Shown: positions 1 through 11,845 of the stretch, piece after piece
How positions within the stretch are numbered: position 1 is the stretch's first letter
Layout: each line of letters starts with the position of its first letter
NCBI RefSeq assembly: GCF_041552635.1
Contig: NZ_JBFEKM010000001.1
Coordinates: forward strand, 1-63,101
Direction of reading: 5' to 3'
Length of the DNA stretch: 63,101 bases
Source of the DNA: Sulfitobacter sp.
Lineage (GTDB): Bacteria; Pseudomonadota; Alphaproteobacteria; Rhodobacterales; Rhodobacteraceae
The notes under the pieces: model-generated
Told to the model about the DNA's origin: nothing
Database searches by the model: none
What the model saw: the letters and a program-made list of their open reading frames with translations, nothing else
Translations under genes and position numbers: made by a program

Positions 1-135
1 AAGCGGCGCGCATTGGCAGTGCTGACCGTCAGCGACCATTTGCAGACTGGTGAAGCGTTGCCTGCAGAAGAGCGCGAAAGATCATTTGGCGACATGGTCG
101 AAATTGCGCTAACGGCCGCCTTTTCAGAGGTCTGA
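1..135 (+). CDS. deoD: Purine-nucleoside phosphorylase, C-terminal fragment (5' truncated by window)
   Basis: Frame 1 reads [44 protein letters not shown]; TVSDH...ER..F..M.EIAL is the DeoD C-terminus. Confidence 0.85.
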   Translation, partial: KRRALAVLTVSDHLQTGEALPAEERERSFGDMVEIALTAAFSEV

Positions 136-203
136 TTGCGTCGATAGTTTGGGACGCTCTGCGGGGGATTTAAATCCATTTGGAAAACGGCCCCCGGCAA
201 ATA

Positions 204-1046
204 TCAGCTGCTGTGGCTTTGGTCATACCGGTTGCGTTCAGGCGATGTGATGCCGTCAAGAATAACCGAATCTGGGGCAAATACTTCAACCAGTAGCGGA
301 TAGCATGCAGCCGCGTCTGATGAATGCTCGGACGAGCAATCTCCCCCCGGGCAGGCACTGAGTGCGCCCAGCAGGTCAATTTCCGCAAAGAACTCAAGAT
401 AGTCACCGGGACGGACGGGACTCGCTTTCATGAAGTATTGACCGGTGTCACGCGTAAATCCGGTGCACATGAAAACATTAAGAACATCATGTACATGTGG
501 TTCGGCCTGTTGGACCGGAACATTCAAATGCGCCGCCAAGGCCCGGGTCAGGTTGGAGTGGCAGCACTGGTGGTATTGCCCACCCGCCAGCAGGTTATGC
601 GTATAGGGATCGCAACGCGTGCCAATCACGTCATGGACTGATCCGCCGAACGCGTCCTTGCCGTACCACCCCAGCGTATCATGCGTAATCGTCGCCATCG
701 GCCGCAGATGCGGAAAGCTAGACCACATGCGCTGTCCGGTTGTTATGTGCGTCCCGTGCAGGGCGCGGGTTTTGCCTGAATAGAACCGTTCGGTCAGGTC
801 CCTTTCCGCCCAAAGATTTAGATCGCCGACCTGAGAACCCTCTACCGACGTGATGCGGAAGAAATGCCCAGCCGGAACCGAAAAACATCGCGCATCACGT
901 GGCGGGATCAGCACCTCGTCCACCTTGGTCAGCGTGGCGCGGGCGTGCGTCAGGCTTGCCATATCGGGAACCGGAAGCGTTTCCACCGGGTAACAAATCA
1001 CCGGCTTGATCGCGCGGCGCGCTGCGGCATCTTGGGGTTCTATCAT
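204..1046 (-). CDS. DUF1989 / urea carboxylase-associated family protein
   Basis: EGSQVGDLNLW, HDVIGTRC, CCHSNL, LSACPGGDC motifs; ATG at 1046 overlaps the upstream stop (ATGA). Confidence 0.8.
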   Translation of the reverse strand: MIEPQDAAARRAIKPVICYPVETLPVPDMASLTHARATLTKVDEVLIPPRDARCFSVPAGHFFRITSVEGSQVGDLNLWAERDLTERFYSGKTRALHGTHITTGQRMWSSFPHLRPMATITHDTLGWYGKDAFGGSVHDVIGTRCDPYTHNLLAGGQYHQCCHSNLTRALAAHLNVPVQQAEPHVHDVLNVFMCTGFTRDTGQYFMKASPVRPGDYLEFFAEIDLLGALSACPGGDCSSEHSSDAAACYPLLVEVFAPDSVILDGITSPERNRYDQSHSS

Positions 1047-2695
1047 GCGTTTTGTCCTGCAATGCGCCCAGAGAACAGGCAACCGCCCAGAAACGTCCCT
1101 TCAAGCGCGTTATATCCATGGTATCCGCCGCCGCCAAAGCCACTGACTTCGCCTGCGGCAAACAGTCCGTTCAAGATGTTTCCGGTCGGGGTCAGCACAC
1201 GCCCCCGCAGATCCGTATGCAAACCGCCCAGACTTTTGCGCGTGAGGATATTCAACCGCACGGCTATCAGAGGTCCGTTTTCGGGGTCAAGGATCGCGTG
1301 GGGTTTCGCCGTCCGGATCAGTTTGTCACCGCGATAGGCCCGCGCGCCCCTTATGGCCGTGACTTGCGCGTCTTTGGCAAAGGGATTGGCAAGCTGTGCG
1401 TCCCGTGCGGCAATCTGCCTGCGCAAATGTTCCAAATCCAAAGGCTGCTGAGGCGTCAGTTTGTTCATGCCTGCGACAAGGTCCTCTAGCCGGTCAGAGA
1501 CAACAAAATCAACGCCTTCTTCTTTGAACGCCTCGACCGCCGGTGTCGCCCCTTTGCCAAGACGTGCTTTTAGAACCTCGCGCCAACCGCCGTCCGTCAA
1601 ATCAGGGTTCTGTTCAGACCCTGACAGCGCGAATTCCTTTTCGATGATCTTTTGGGTCAGGATGAACCAACTATGATCACCGGCCTGCAGAATACGTTTC
1701 AGCGTCGACAATGTGTCATAGCCGGGCATGCAGGGGGCTTCCATCCGGTCGCCCTTGGCATCCAGCCAGATCGAGGAAGGCCCAGGCAGGATGCGAATGC
1801 CATGATTGGGCCAGATCGGGTTCCAGTTTTCGACCCCCTCGCAATAGTGCCACATCCGATCTTCATTGATCAGACCCGCCCCTGCGTCGGCGGCAATGGC
1901 GTGCATTTTGCCGTCCACATAATCAGGCACACCGGAAATCATACGTTTGGGGGGCTGGCCCAGACGGTCAACCGGCCAATGCTTGCGCACAAGGTCGTGG
2001 TTTGCACCAATCCCGCCAGTGGTCAGGATCACCGACTCGGCCTGATGTTGAAAGCTGCCGGTGACCACACGCCCCGTACTTTCCCCGCGCGGCGCTGTGT
2101 TTGGTTCAAGGATGTCGCCCGTTACGCCCGTGACGGCACCATTTGTGACCTCAAGCGCCGTGACGCGGTGCCGAAAGGCCAGCCTTAGTTTTCCGGCCAT
2201 GGCGTGATCCTGCATCAGCTTGGCAAAAGGCGCGACGACGCCAGTACCCGTCCCCCAAGTGATGTGAAACCGCGGCACGGAATTGCCGTGCCCGCCCGCC
2301 AGCGCACCCCCGCGTTCGGCCCAACCGACGACGGGGAACCAGCGCATTCCCAAACCGTGCAGCCAAGGACGCATATCACCAGCAGCCCAGTCGACAAAGC
2401 GTTCGGCATAGGCCCGAGGATTGGCGTCCTGCGGGCGGTCAAACTGCGCCGACCCCATCCAGTCACTGAGGGCCAATTCAGCGCTGTCACGGATGCCAAG
2501 ACGGCGTTGTTCAGGGGTGTCGACCATGAACAAGCCGCCCAAAGACCAGTATGCCTGTCCGCCAAGGCTTTGCGGGCCTTCCTGATCAATCAATAAAACA
2601 CGCCGGCCCCGCAAGACGGCTTCGTGGGTTGCAACCATTCCGGCCAGCCCCCCGCCCACGACGATAACATCAGCCTGAAAATTTTGATCCGTCAT
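1043..2695 (-). CDS. FAD-binding dehydrogenase (KsdD/fumarate-reductase-flavoprotein-like family)
   Basis: N-terminal GGGLAG dinucleotide-binding motif; LGGQAYWSLGG, RFHITWGTG, LEGTFLGGCLFSGR. Confidence 0.85.
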   Translation of the reverse strand: MTDQNFQADVIVVGGGLAGMVATHEAVLRGRRVLLIDQEGPQSLGGQAYWSLGGLFMVDTPEQRRLGIRDSAELALSDWMGSAQFDRPQDANPRAYAERFVDWAAGDMRPWLHGLGMRWFPVVGWAERGGALAGGHGNSVPRFHITWGTGTGVVAPFAKLMQDHAMAGKLRLAFRHRVTALEVTNGAVTGVTGDILEPNTAPRGESTGRVVTGSFQHQAESVILTTGGIGANHDLVRKHWPVDRLGQPPKRMISGVPDYVDGKMHAIAADAGAGLINEDRMWHYCEGVENWNPIWPNHGIRILPGPSSIWLDAKGDRMEAPCMPGYDTLSTLKRILQAGDHSWFILTQKIIEKEFALSGSEQNPDLTDGGWREVLKARLGKGATPAVEAFKEEGVDFVVSDRLEDLVAGMNKLTPQQPLDLEHLRRQIAARDAQLANPFAKDAQVTAIRGARAYRGDKLIRTAKPHAILDPENGPLIAVRLNILTRKSLGGLHTDLRGRVLTPTGNILNGLFAAGEVSGFGGGGYHGYNALEGTFLGGCLFSGRIAGQNA

Positions 2696-2755
2696 GGCGG
2701 CCTCCCGTTTTGCAACGCTAGACCACGAAAGGTTGCTCTGTCGAGGTGAACCATT

Positions 2756-2974
2756 TCACAAGGGGCGCGCCGTTACCTTGGCTTTGCAGTCGCGCGGCGC
2801 AGCTTTTGTGGCGGTATAGGCTTCGGCACCACAGGCGGCACAGCGATAGAAATGCAGAGCCCCCTTGTCGCGTGTACTATCCTGACGCCAACGACATCCC
2901 CGCATACCTTTGTTGCGCCGCGCAAAATACGCGACGATGACAAAAGCGATAAGAAGGCCAAGAAGGATATGCAT
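2756..2974 (-). CDS. Small membrane-anchored Cys-rich hypothetical protein (72 aa)
   Basis: Hydrophobic N-terminal helix then CRW...CAACG...C; directly downstream of sdhB on the same strand. Confidence 0.6.
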   Translation of the reverse strand: MHILLGLLIAFVIVAYFARRNKGMRGCRWRQDSTRDKGALHFYRCAACGAEAYTATKAAPRDCKAKVTARPL

Positions 2975-3021
2975 GGAATTAGGTTGCCCATCCCGCAAAT
3001 AGCGGGACGGGCATCAGGGGG

Positions 3022-3801
3022 TCAAACAGTACGTTCGACCATCATTTTCTTGATGTTTGCAATCGCCGCAGCCGGGTTCAGGCCTTTGGGGCAGGTTTTG
3101 GCGCAGTTCATGATAGTGTGGCAGCGGTACAGCTTGAAGGGGTCCTCAAGCTCGTCCAGACGCTCACCTGTGGCCTCGTCACGGCTATCGATCAACCATC
3201 GGTAAGCGTGCAGCAACGCTGCTGGCCCAAGATAGCGGTCGCCATTCCACCAGTAGCTGGGGCAGGACGTCGAACAGCAAGCACACATGATGCATTCATA
3301 AAGACCGTCCAGTTTGGCGCGGTCTTCAATCGACTGCTTCCATTCTTTCGCAGGCGCAGCTGTTTCTGTCTCGAGCCAAGGCTGGATCGACGCGTGCTGC
3401 GCATAGAAATGCGTGAGGTCGGGGATCAAATCCTTGACCACAGGCATGTGCGGCAGCGGATAGATTTTCACCGCGCCTTTCACTTCTTCTACGCCATAGG
3501 TACAGGCCAGCGTATTGATACCGTCGATGTTCATCGCGCAAGATCCGCAAATCCCCTCGCGACAGGACCGGCGAAAGGTCAACGTCGGGTCAATCTCGTT
3601 TTTGATCTTGATCAGCGCGTCCAAAATCATCGGGCCGCAGGTATCCATCTCAACGAAATAGGTGTCGATGGCAGGATTCTTGCCGTCGTCGGGATTCCAG
3701 CGATAGACTTGGAATTGCTTGAGGTTTTTGGCACCCTCTGGCTTGGGCCACGTTTTTCCGGTCGTCATACGCGAATTCTTGGGGAGCGTGAGTTGAACCA
3801 T
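3022..3801 (-). CDS. sdhB: Succinate dehydrogenase iron-sulfur subunit
   Basis: [36 protein letters not shown] Fe-S motifs. Confidence 0.98.
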   Translation of the reverse strand: MVQLTLPKNSRMTTGKTWPKPEGAKNLKQFQVYRWNPDDGKNPAIDTYFVEMDTCGPMILDALIKIKNEIDPTLTFRRSCREGICGSCAMNIDGINTLACTYGVEEVKGAVKIYPLPHMPVVKDLIPDLTHFYAQHASIQPWLETETAAPAKEWKQSIEDRAKLDGLYECIMCACCSTSCPSYWWNGDRYLGPAALLHAYRWLIDSRDEATGERLDELEDPFKLYRCHTIMNCAKTCPKGLNPAAAIANIKKMMVERTV

Positions 3802-3854
3802 ATCGCTTCTCCTGGTCTGGTGGGCCATAGCCCTTTTCGTTTCAATTCAGGCGC

Positions 3855-4673
3855 TTACTTCTTTTTGATGTAAAGCGCATTGCCTTCGGCCTGCAGGGTT
3901 TCTTCAAACCCTGCGGCTAGTATTTTTGCACAAAGATCGGTCTGCCATTGGTCGGAATGGCGTACTTCAATCAGGATTGCATCGGGCAGCCACCCGCCCT
4001 TTTCGGCCTGATCCAACATTGGGTTGAGCACTGTTTCTTCGGCTCCCTCAACGTCGATCTTGATCACAGTAAGATCGTGGTGCTTCGCTGCCTTCGTGAA
4101 AGCAGAAAGCGGGCGTGTCGGGACCCATAGCCCGCCGGTACGTTGACGCGGCTGAACCCGCTTGAGCGACGCCTGACCAAAGTTATGGCCCCGAAAATTC
4201 AAGACAGCCTCACCATCGCGATCAGACAGGGCACAGCCTTCAATACGAACTTTGCTGTGCAGATCGTTAAGTTGGATGTTGAACCCCAACCGTCCGATCA
4301 TCACCGGGTTTGGTTCAAACGCAACAATTCTGGATCCGTCGCCACTGGCCAATCCAAGCGGAATGGTGAAGGCCCCGCAATTCGCCCCTATGTCCAACAC
4401 CAAAACATTGCGGTCTTCGACCAACTGAACCAAAGCCAAAAGCGATTTCAGTTCGGGCGGGTAACCATCCAGCCAGATGCAAGTTTCCGTATAATTGTCT
4501 CGCGGGTCGACCACCATCCGGATATCGGCGAATTCAACCTCGACCGGGCACAGCGTCGCGTTGATCTCAGCGCGTTCCTTCGCAGTTCCATTGCGATAGC
4601 TACTGCGCAACGCCTCCATATCGGCGGCTTTGATCTGGTCCATCATCTTTGAGGTTCCATGCACAGCGCTCAT
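3855..4673 (-). CDS. FkbM-family SAM-dependent methyltransferase
   Basis: VLDIGANCG, AFEPNP, IKIDVEGAE motifs; start at 4673 overlaps the upstream stop (TGATG). Confidence 0.88.
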   Translation of the reverse strand: MSAVHGTSKMMDQIKAADMEALRSSYRNGTAKERAEINATLCPVEVEFADIRMVVDPRDNYTETCIWLDGYPPELKSLLALVQLVEDRNVLVLDIGANCGAFTIPLGLASGDGSRIVAFEPNPVMIGRLGFNIQLNDLHSKVRIEGCALSDRDGEAVLNFRGHNFGQASLKRVQPRQRTGGLWVPTRPLSAFTKAAKHHDLTVIKIDVEGAEETVLNPMLDQAEKGGWLPDAILIEVRHSDQWQTDLCAKILAAGFEETLQAEGNALYIKKK

Positions 4674-5008
4674 CACCCCAGCGTCCCTGCCATGCCTGCG
4701 GTCGATTGTGACAGGCATCGCACTGTTTCTGGACGTGACAAAACGGTGCGTACAGTCGCCACGGTCGTATCATCAACACCAATCACGGCCGATTTCGCGA
4801 ATATCCGAATCTCGGCAGCATCTGAATTATCGATAATGCAGTCAGTAAAGGGTGTAATCAGCTGTTTTGGAACCTGAGGGAACCGGGTTGCAATCGTTTG
4901 TGAAACGACCCCCTTGGCCCCTTCACGCGCCATAGTATCGACGCGCTGCGATGCTTGGTCACAAGCCGTCAAGGCAAGCAGCATCAAGATGGCACTAACT
5001 AGCTTCAT
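4673..5008 (-). CDS. Small lipoprotein, hypothetical
   Basis: Signal peptide with LTAC lipobox, two further Cys, GAGGGAGAGG RBS. Confidence 0.75.
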   Translation of the reverse strand: MKLVSAILMLLALTACDQASQRVDTMAREGAKGVVSQTIATRFPQVPKQLITPFTDCIIDNSDAAEIRIFAKSAVIGVDDTTVATVRTVLSRPETVRCLSQSTAGMAGTLG

Positions 5009-5232
5009 ACGCCTCTCCCTCTAAACCCATTGCGAGAAAGCCGATCATCGTTCGAATGCTCGATCTGCAAATGGGAATAAAACCCACGATGCAACGCGTT
5101 GCAGGGTTTCATCATTACGATCATGACAGGCCCAACGCCGGAGTTGTCGTTCCCAAGAAAACCACCACACGGCACCCCAGAAGAGTACCGCGTGCTGAAA
5201 AAGCAATCCCTTGGGAAAAACTGATCATACGA

Positions 5233-7038
5233 TCAATACACCCGTGCTTTTGGCGCGATTTTTTTCAGGTCAATGCCGCCATCATTGTGGCTGGTCAGTG
5301 GTTGCAGGTGCACACCACGGTAACCCAAAGTCGCCTCATTGCCTTTGAACCAAACGAGGCTGTGCTTGCGCCAGTTCTCGTCATCACGATCAGGATAATC
5401 CTCATGGGCGTGTGCCCCCCGGCTTTCCTTGCGGGCAGCAGCTGCCGAGATTGTCGCGACAGCGTTAGGCATCAAGTTGGTCAGCTCGAGAGTCTCCATC
5501 AGGTCGGAATTCCAGACCAAGGATTTATCTGTCACCTTGAGGTCAGATATCTTGCCTGCGACCTCGTCCATCTTCACTTTGCCTTCATTCAGCGTCTTGT
5601 CTGTCCGGAAAACGGCAGCGTCAGCTTGCATGGTTTTCTGCATCTCAAGGCGCAGCTCAGCTGTTGCGACATGGCCCTTGGCATAGCGCAACCCGTCAAA
5701 CCGGCTGAATGCCGCCTCAATGGAGCGCGTATTGGGGGTCGGAACAGGTGTCGACGGATCAACGATGTCCTTGGCACGAATTGCGGCCGCACGTCCAAAT
5801 ACCACAAGGTCAATCAGCGAATTTGAACCCAGACGGTTCGCACCGTGCACAGATGCACAGCCCGCTTCGCCAACGGCCATCAAGCCGGGCGATACGTTGT
5901 CAGGGTTATCAGCCGTGGGTGCCAGAACCTCGCCCCAATAGTTCGTTGGAATGCCACCCATGTTGTAGTGAACGGTGGGCAGAACCGGGATCGGCTCTTT
6001 GGTCAGATCAACACCCGCAAAAATCCGTGCGGATTCTGAGATACCGGGCAGACGCAAGTCCAGCGTTTCTTTTGGCAGGTGGTTCAGGTGCAGGTGAATG
6101 TGGTCTTTACTGTCGCCCACACCACGACCTTCGCGGATTTCCATCGTCATGCAGCGCGAAACAACATCGCGGCTGGCAAGGTCTTTGTAGGTCGGGGCGT
6201 ACCGCTCCATAAAGCGTTCGCCTTCGGAGTTGGTCAAATAACCGCCTTCGCCCCGCGCGCCTTCCGTGATAAGGCAACCTGCGCCATAGATGCCGGTCGG
6301 GTGGAATTGAACGAACTCCATGTCCTGCAAAGGCAGACCAGCGCGCGCCGTCATGCCGCCGCCGTCGCCGGTGCAGGTATGGGCGGATGTCGCGCTGAAA
6401 TAGGCGCGTCCATAGCCGCCCGTTGCCAGAACAACCATTTTGGCGCTGAACAGGTGCATGGTCCCGTCATCCAGCTTCCAGCACAAAACGCCCTGACACA
6501 CGCCGTCATCAGACATGATCAGATCAATTGCGAAATATTCGATGTAGAATTCCGCGTTATGCTTCAGCGATTGGCCGTAAAGTGTGTGCAAAATTGCGTG
6601 GCCGGTCCGGTCAGCCGCGGCGCAAGTACGCTGCACAGGGGGGCCTTCGCCAAATTCTGTGGTGTGGCCGCCAAACGGGCGCTGGTAGATTTTACCAGCT
6701 TCGGTGCGCGAGAACGGCACGCCGTAATGCTCAAGCTCGTAAACCGCTTTAGGCGCTTCGCGGGCCAGATATTCCATGGCATCCGTATCGCCCAACCAGT
6801 CAGACCCCTTGACGGTGTCATACATATGCCACTGCCAGTTGTCGGGTCCCATGTTGGACAGCGACGCCGCGATGCCGCCCTGTGCTGCAACCGTGTGCGA
6901 GCGGGTCGGGAATACTTTGGTAACGCAAGCCGTCTTTAGCCCCTGCTCGGCCATGCCGAGGGTCGCGCGCAAACCGGCACCGCCAGCCCCCACGACAACC
7001 ACGTCATATTCATGCGTTTCATAGTCATATGCAGCCAT
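5233..7038 (-). CDS. sdhA: Succinate dehydrogenase flavoprotein subunit
   Basis: [16 protein letters not shown] (covalent FAD His), [19 protein letters not shown]; start MAAYDY at 7038. Confidence 0.98.
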   Translation of the reverse strand: MAAYDYETHEYDVVVVGAGGAGLRATLGMAEQGLKTACVTKVFPTRSHTVAAQGGIAASLSNMGPDNWQWHMYDTVKGSDWLGDTDAMEYLAREAPKAVYELEHYGVPFSRTEAGKIYQRPFGGHTTEFGEGPPVQRTCAAADRTGHAILHTLYGQSLKHNAEFYIEYFAIDLIMSDDGVCQGVLCWKLDDGTMHLFSAKMVVLATGGYGRAYFSATSAHTCTGDGGGMTARAGLPLQDMEFVQFHPTGIYGAGCLITEGARGEGGYLTNSEGERFMERYAPTYKDLASRDVVSRCMTMEIREGRGVGDSKDHIHLHLNHLPKETLDLRLPGISESARIFAGVDLTKEPIPVLPTVHYNMGGIPTNYWGEVLAPTADNPDNVSPGLMAVGEAGCASVHGANRLGSNSLIDLVVFGRAAAIRAKDIVDPSTPVPTPNTRSIEAAFSRFDGLRYAKGHVATAELRLEMQKTMQADAAVFRTDKTLNEGKVKMDEVAGKISDLKVTDKSLVWNSDLMETLELTNLMPNAVATISAAAARKESRGAHAHEDYPDRDDENWRKHSLVWFKGNEATLGYRGVHLQPLTSHNDGGIDLKKIAPKARVY

Positions 7039-7069
7039 GTCTCGGTCTCCCGTATAGCGAATTCTTGTT

Positions 7070-7441
7070 TTAAAGCGCGAGGCGGATGATGGCGAATACG
7101 CCAGCCGCCGCTGCACCATAGCTGAGGCAGGTCATCAGGATGATGGCGATTTTCTGCGCCAACCCGTGAACATAGTCCTCAATCAGCACCTGCACACCGT
7201 CGTTGAAGTGTTTAAATCCAACGGCGATCGTCAGAGCAGCGATTAATGCAGGAAAAGGTTTGGCATAATAGGCCAAAGTCTCTTCATAGGTGCCACCAAG
7301 TGCCGCACCAAAAGTAAATACAAATAAAGGGATCAGGATCAGCAGCGCGACCGAGCTGACCTTCATCGACCAGAAGTGGGCGGTCCCGGATTTCGCCGAT
7401 CCCATACCAACTGCGCGTTTGCGGTCTGTCAAATAAGCCAT
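7070..7441 (-). CDS. sdhD: Succinate dehydrogenase hydrophobic anchor subunit
   Basis: [12 protein letters not shown]...[10 protein letters not shown]; three TM helices. Confidence 0.95.
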   Translation of the reverse strand: MAYLTDRKRAVGMGSAKSGTAHFWSMKVSSVALLILIPLFVFTFGAALGGTYEETLAYYAKPFPALIAALTIAVGFKHFNDGVQVLIEDYVHGLAQKIAIILMTCLSYGAAAAGVFAIIRLAL

Positions 7442-7451
7442 GTATATCTCC

Positions 7452-7835
7452 TTAGATGATCAGCGCGGTGATGATTGTCAAAAGGACAGAGCCGCCCAAA
7501 GCCGCCCACCCCAGTTTTTCCGCCGTCGGAATGTCTAGCGCATAGCCGTTATCCCAGATCAGGTGCCGTATACCAGCCAGCGTGTGATACCACATACCAA
7601 GAAGTGAAAAGAACATGATCAGGTCGCCAAACCAGCTGGTGATGAAGCCGTTTGCAGCTTCAAACGCCTCAGGGGATGTGGACGCCGCTAGAAACCACCA
7701 GACAATCAACAGCGCCGCGATCAGCATTGCGTTGCCGGTAATTCGCGTCAGGATCGACGTGATTGATGTCAATTGAGGGCGATAGATCGTTAGATGGGGT
7801 GACAGCGGGCGATTGCCCCGGTTCACATCAGCCAT
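7452..7835 (-). CDS. sdhC: Succinate dehydrogenase cytochrome b556 subunit
   Basis: NRPLSPHLTIYRPQ, HTLAGIRHLIWD; start MADVNRG at 7835. Confidence 0.96.
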   Translation of the reverse strand: MADVNRGNRPLSPHLTIYRPQLTSITSILTRITGNAMLIAALLIVWWFLAASTSPEAFEAANGFITSWFGDLIMFFSLLGMWYHTLAGIRHLIWDNGYALDIPTAEKLGWAALGGSVLLTIITALII

Positions 7836-7958
7836 GATGGATTCCTTTTCTCGTCTAATTGCGCCTATAGATAGCGGTATTTTCTGCGCTGTCACGCGCA
7901 GACCTCTATTTTACGCTTCAATTATAGGTTTTTGCGACAAAATCTGCATAATATTTGA

Positions 7959-8017
7959 AATGGCCTCGCTTTTGTGATCACGGATTTTTCAGCTGTGATA
8001 ACAAAAGCGAGGCCATT
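7959..8017. promoter_or_regulatory. Operator GTGATCAC-N13-GTGATAAC inside a 23-bp inverted repeat upstream of sdhC (AkgR-type site)
   Basis: Arms AATGGCCTCGCTTTTGTGATCAC (7959-7981) and GTGATAACAAAAGCGAGGCCATT (7995-8017), one mismatch; same spacing as the site upstream of sucC. Confidence 0.8.
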
Positions 8018-8490
8018 GAGTCTTGTTGACCTTTTACGGCATCAAACCCTACTGATGCTTTAACAAGTGCGCCAGCGGGCTTTCTACCAGACAGTAATTA
8101 GATAGCGCCACCTTATCGGAGGCGATGTTCCCAGTCGCATCAAACCGGGGTTGACGCGCAATGGCGCAAAATAGTCATGGGAAATCGTCTTGCCCGTTTG
8201 CCTGAACCTACTGCCCGCACGGCACCAATATTGCTTTGGGAACAGTTGGGAATTTAGCTTAAGCTAAAGACATCCAGTACGCGCTGCGATGTCCAAGACC
8301 CTTGCCATGAAAGGTCTATAGCGACCGCTGCACCGCAAGCGCGCTACACAATATCCAACTTGGATCTATGAATTTCCGGCAATTGTCTCTGCCCGAAGTT
8401 TTGCGTGTTTCGCGAATTCATCAGGTCGGTTGCAGCAGGCGATAAGGGCATGGCGAAATTCGCTCCACCTCACGCCTGCTGCGTCTTCAT

Positions 8491-9624
<1,134 letters not shown>

Positions 9625-9643
9625 TTATTTGGCAATTAGCACA

Positions 9644-10537
9644 TTAGCCTTGGTATTCGGGCAGTGCTTCCAGCGCTTCTTTGTTGCTGTCGATATAGAT
9701 CCGGAAGTCATCGCCATCGGATTGCTTCAGAACCTGCAGTTCGTCCCAGGTCACGGCAACGGGCTTTTCGCCCATTCCAAGAAAGCCGCCAACATTGATA
9801 ACAACTGCGGTCACTTTGCCGTTGTCATCCAGAACCAATGCACCGATTTCACCAACGGTGTCATCATCTGTACCATAGACATAGGTACCTTCCAGATCTT
9901 CTGCCGTCAGCGCTTCCATCTCTTCCATGTTGGCATCCGCATAGCCGTCATATGTGGCGGCCGGACGGGCCAGCATCGCGCGATCTTGATCTGCGTCGAC
10001 TTTCTCGACTTCAAGTTCGGCTTTGTCAGCGGCCTGGTCTACCTCTTTGGCGGCCTTATCGGCGGCTTGGTCTACCTCTTCGGCGGCTGCGGCGACGTCA
10101 TCGTCCATGGCGCGGTCGAATTCTGGCGCTTTTTCCAGCATTTCTTTGGAAGTTGTGACAACGAGGAAGCGGTCATTTGTATCGCCTTCTTCCTTTACAA
10201 CTTTGATGGCATCCATGCTGACAGTTACGTCACGCTCGCCTAAGCCCAAGAAACCGCCAACACCCAAGATAACAGCTTTTACGTCGCCATTTTCGTCCAG
10301 CAGGATGTCATTGATCTCGCCGATGTCGTCCCATTCGGTTTCTGCGCCGGCTTTAATGGCCACATTGCCATCTACTTCTGTCTCGGAGTTATAGATGCGC
10401 ATGCCGATCAGGTCGGAAGCGAAAAAATCTGTTGCTTCAGCAGTTGTTGTACCGAAACCTGCGGAGGCGTGAGCATCCGCAAATGCTGGGCCTGTGAGGG
10501 AAAGAATGATTGCTGTTGTTCCAAGAATACGTTTCAT
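9644..10537 (-). CDS. Exported protein with two PRC-barrel domains
   Basis: Signal peptide (AFA); two copies of IGEI.D...D..G.V.AV...VGGFLG.GE..V.V; acidic linker. Confidence 0.88.
   Translation of the reverse strand: MKRILGTTAIILSLTGPAFADAHASAGFGTTTAEATDFFASDLIGMRIYNSETEVDGNVAIKAGAETEWDDIGEINDILLDENGDVKAVILGVGGFLGLGERDVTVSMDAIKVVKEEGDTNDRFLVVTTSKEMLEKAPEFDRAMDDDVAAAAEEVDQAADKAAKEVDQAADKAELEVEKVDADQDRAMLARPAATYDGYADANMEEMEALTAEDLEGTYVYGTDDDTVGEIGALVLDDNGKVTAVVINVGGFLGMGEKPVAVTWDELQVLKQSDGDDFRIYIDSNKEALEALPEYQG
10021..10086. repeat. Imperfect 33-bp tandem repeat encoding EVDQAADKA x2
   Basis: ctttgtcagcggcctggtctacctctttggcgg / ccttatcggcggcttggtctacctcttcggcgg. Confidence 0.7.
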
Positions 10538-10675
10538 TACTGGTTACTCCTTATTTGGGTCCGGGTGAATGTCGCCCGGTTGTAGTATTAACCACGATCT
10601 CGTGATTTCGTTCCAAACAGTATTGCTTTTTTCTTCCCGTTTCGTCTGACAGCGGCAAACCCGAGACATTAAATT

Positions 10676-11428
10676 ATGACGCTGGATTTCTGGTTCTTCT
10701 GCATCGCTGGCCCCGCCGTCCTTTTCGCAGGCGTGTCAAAAGGCGGGTTCGGATCAGGGGCGGCATTTGCCAGCGCATCAATATTGGCACTGGTTATTGA
10801 GCCGGGCATGGCCCTCGGCATCATGCTTCCGCTTTTGATGTTGATCGATGTCTCGACGCTGAAACCTTATTGGGGGAAATGGGGCGCGACCGAGGTAAAA
10901 TTGCTCGTCGCAGGTGGTATTCCCGGCGTCATCATGGGCGCGCTTTTGTATAAAGTCGCATCACCAGATTTCTTTCGCCTCTTGATCGGCGGTATTTCAG
11001 TTGGCTTTGTGTTTTGGCAAATGGGTCGTCACGCAGGCATGATCGGCACTGCAAAACAAGGGTTACCCAAATCGGTCGGCTTGTTTTGGGGTGTCGTCAC
11101 GGGTTTTACCAGTTTTGTTAGCCACGCTGGTGGCCCCCCTGCTGCTGTTTACCTTCTGTCCCGTAACCTAAGCAAAACGCAATATCAGGCGACGACAGTC
11201 CTTGTGTTCTGGACATTGAACGCCGTCAAATTCGTACCTTACGCCTTTCTGGGGATTTTCACGATCGAAACGATGACCGCTGATTTGCTCTTGGCCCCTT
11301 TTGCAGTTGCCGGTGCATGGATTGGCGTCAAAGCGCACAGGTTTATCTCCCAAAGGCTGTTCTTTGGCGTAACTTATACGTTGCTGCTTCTGACGGGTAC
11401 GAAGCTGATCTGGGACGGGCTGACCTAA
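10676..11428 (+). CDS. TSUP (TauE/SafE) family membrane transporter
   Basis: GVSKGGFGSG and FTSFVSHAGGPP motifs; about 8 TM segments. Confidence 0.88.
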   Translation: MTLDFWFFCIAGPAVLFAGVSKGGFGSGAAFASASILALVIEPGMALGIMLPLLMLIDVSTLKPYWGKWGATEVKLLVAGGIPGVIMGALLYKVASPDFFRLLIGGISVGFVFWQMGRHAGMIGTAKQGLPKSVGLFWGVVTGFTSFVSHAGGPPAAVYLLSRNLSKTQYQATTVLVFWTLNAVKFVPYAFLGIFTIETMTADLLLAPFAVAGAWIGVKAHRFISQRLFFGVTYTLLLLTGTKLIWDGLT

Positions 11429-11571
11429 CTTACCCGCATCGTCCCCTCGATCAGGTTTTCTACCGGTGTGGTCGCCCCTTGAACCAAAGCGATGTCTTGC
11501 GTCGCCGCGATCACGATGGCAGCAGCAGCAGTCAACGCGGCCAGCTGAAACAGCTTGTGAAAATTCGTCAT
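11425..11571 (-). CDS. Small 48-aa putative exported peptide (not in ORF track)
   Basis: MTNFHKLFQLAALTAAAAIVIAATQDIALVQGATTPVENLIEGTMRVS*; AAGGAG RBS 7 nt before the ATG. Confidence 0.55.
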   Translation of the reverse strand: MTNFHKLFQLAALTAAAAIVIAATQDIALVQGATTPVENLIEGTMRVS

Positions 11572-11845
11572 TAGTTACTCCTTTTCTGATCGGGCCTTGG
11601 CGATCCCCCCGCCCGTCATAGCGTGACTGTGTAACACCCGCGCGGCATCACACTATCCTCGCCAGACCCACACCAAAGCCGGTTGGACAGTTTAGACTTT
11701 GGCCACCGAAGCTGAATTTTGGGTTAATTCGGTCGTGCCACCCCCACGGGCGGCAATATTGCTGCACTGCGGCGCGTTTGGGCTTGAAGTTTTCGTCTAA
11801 AAATGCAGACCTTCGCGCAACATTATTTCCTCGGAGGCTCAGACC

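Noticed and set aside
5121-5228. 35-codon minus-strand ORF right after sdhA
   Set aside because: No clear RBS or motif; it may be chance or a decayed gene.
8020-8490. Long mdh-sdhC intergenic stretch as an ncRNA or gene remnant
   Set aside because: No convincing ORF, RBS or recognisable RNA motif.
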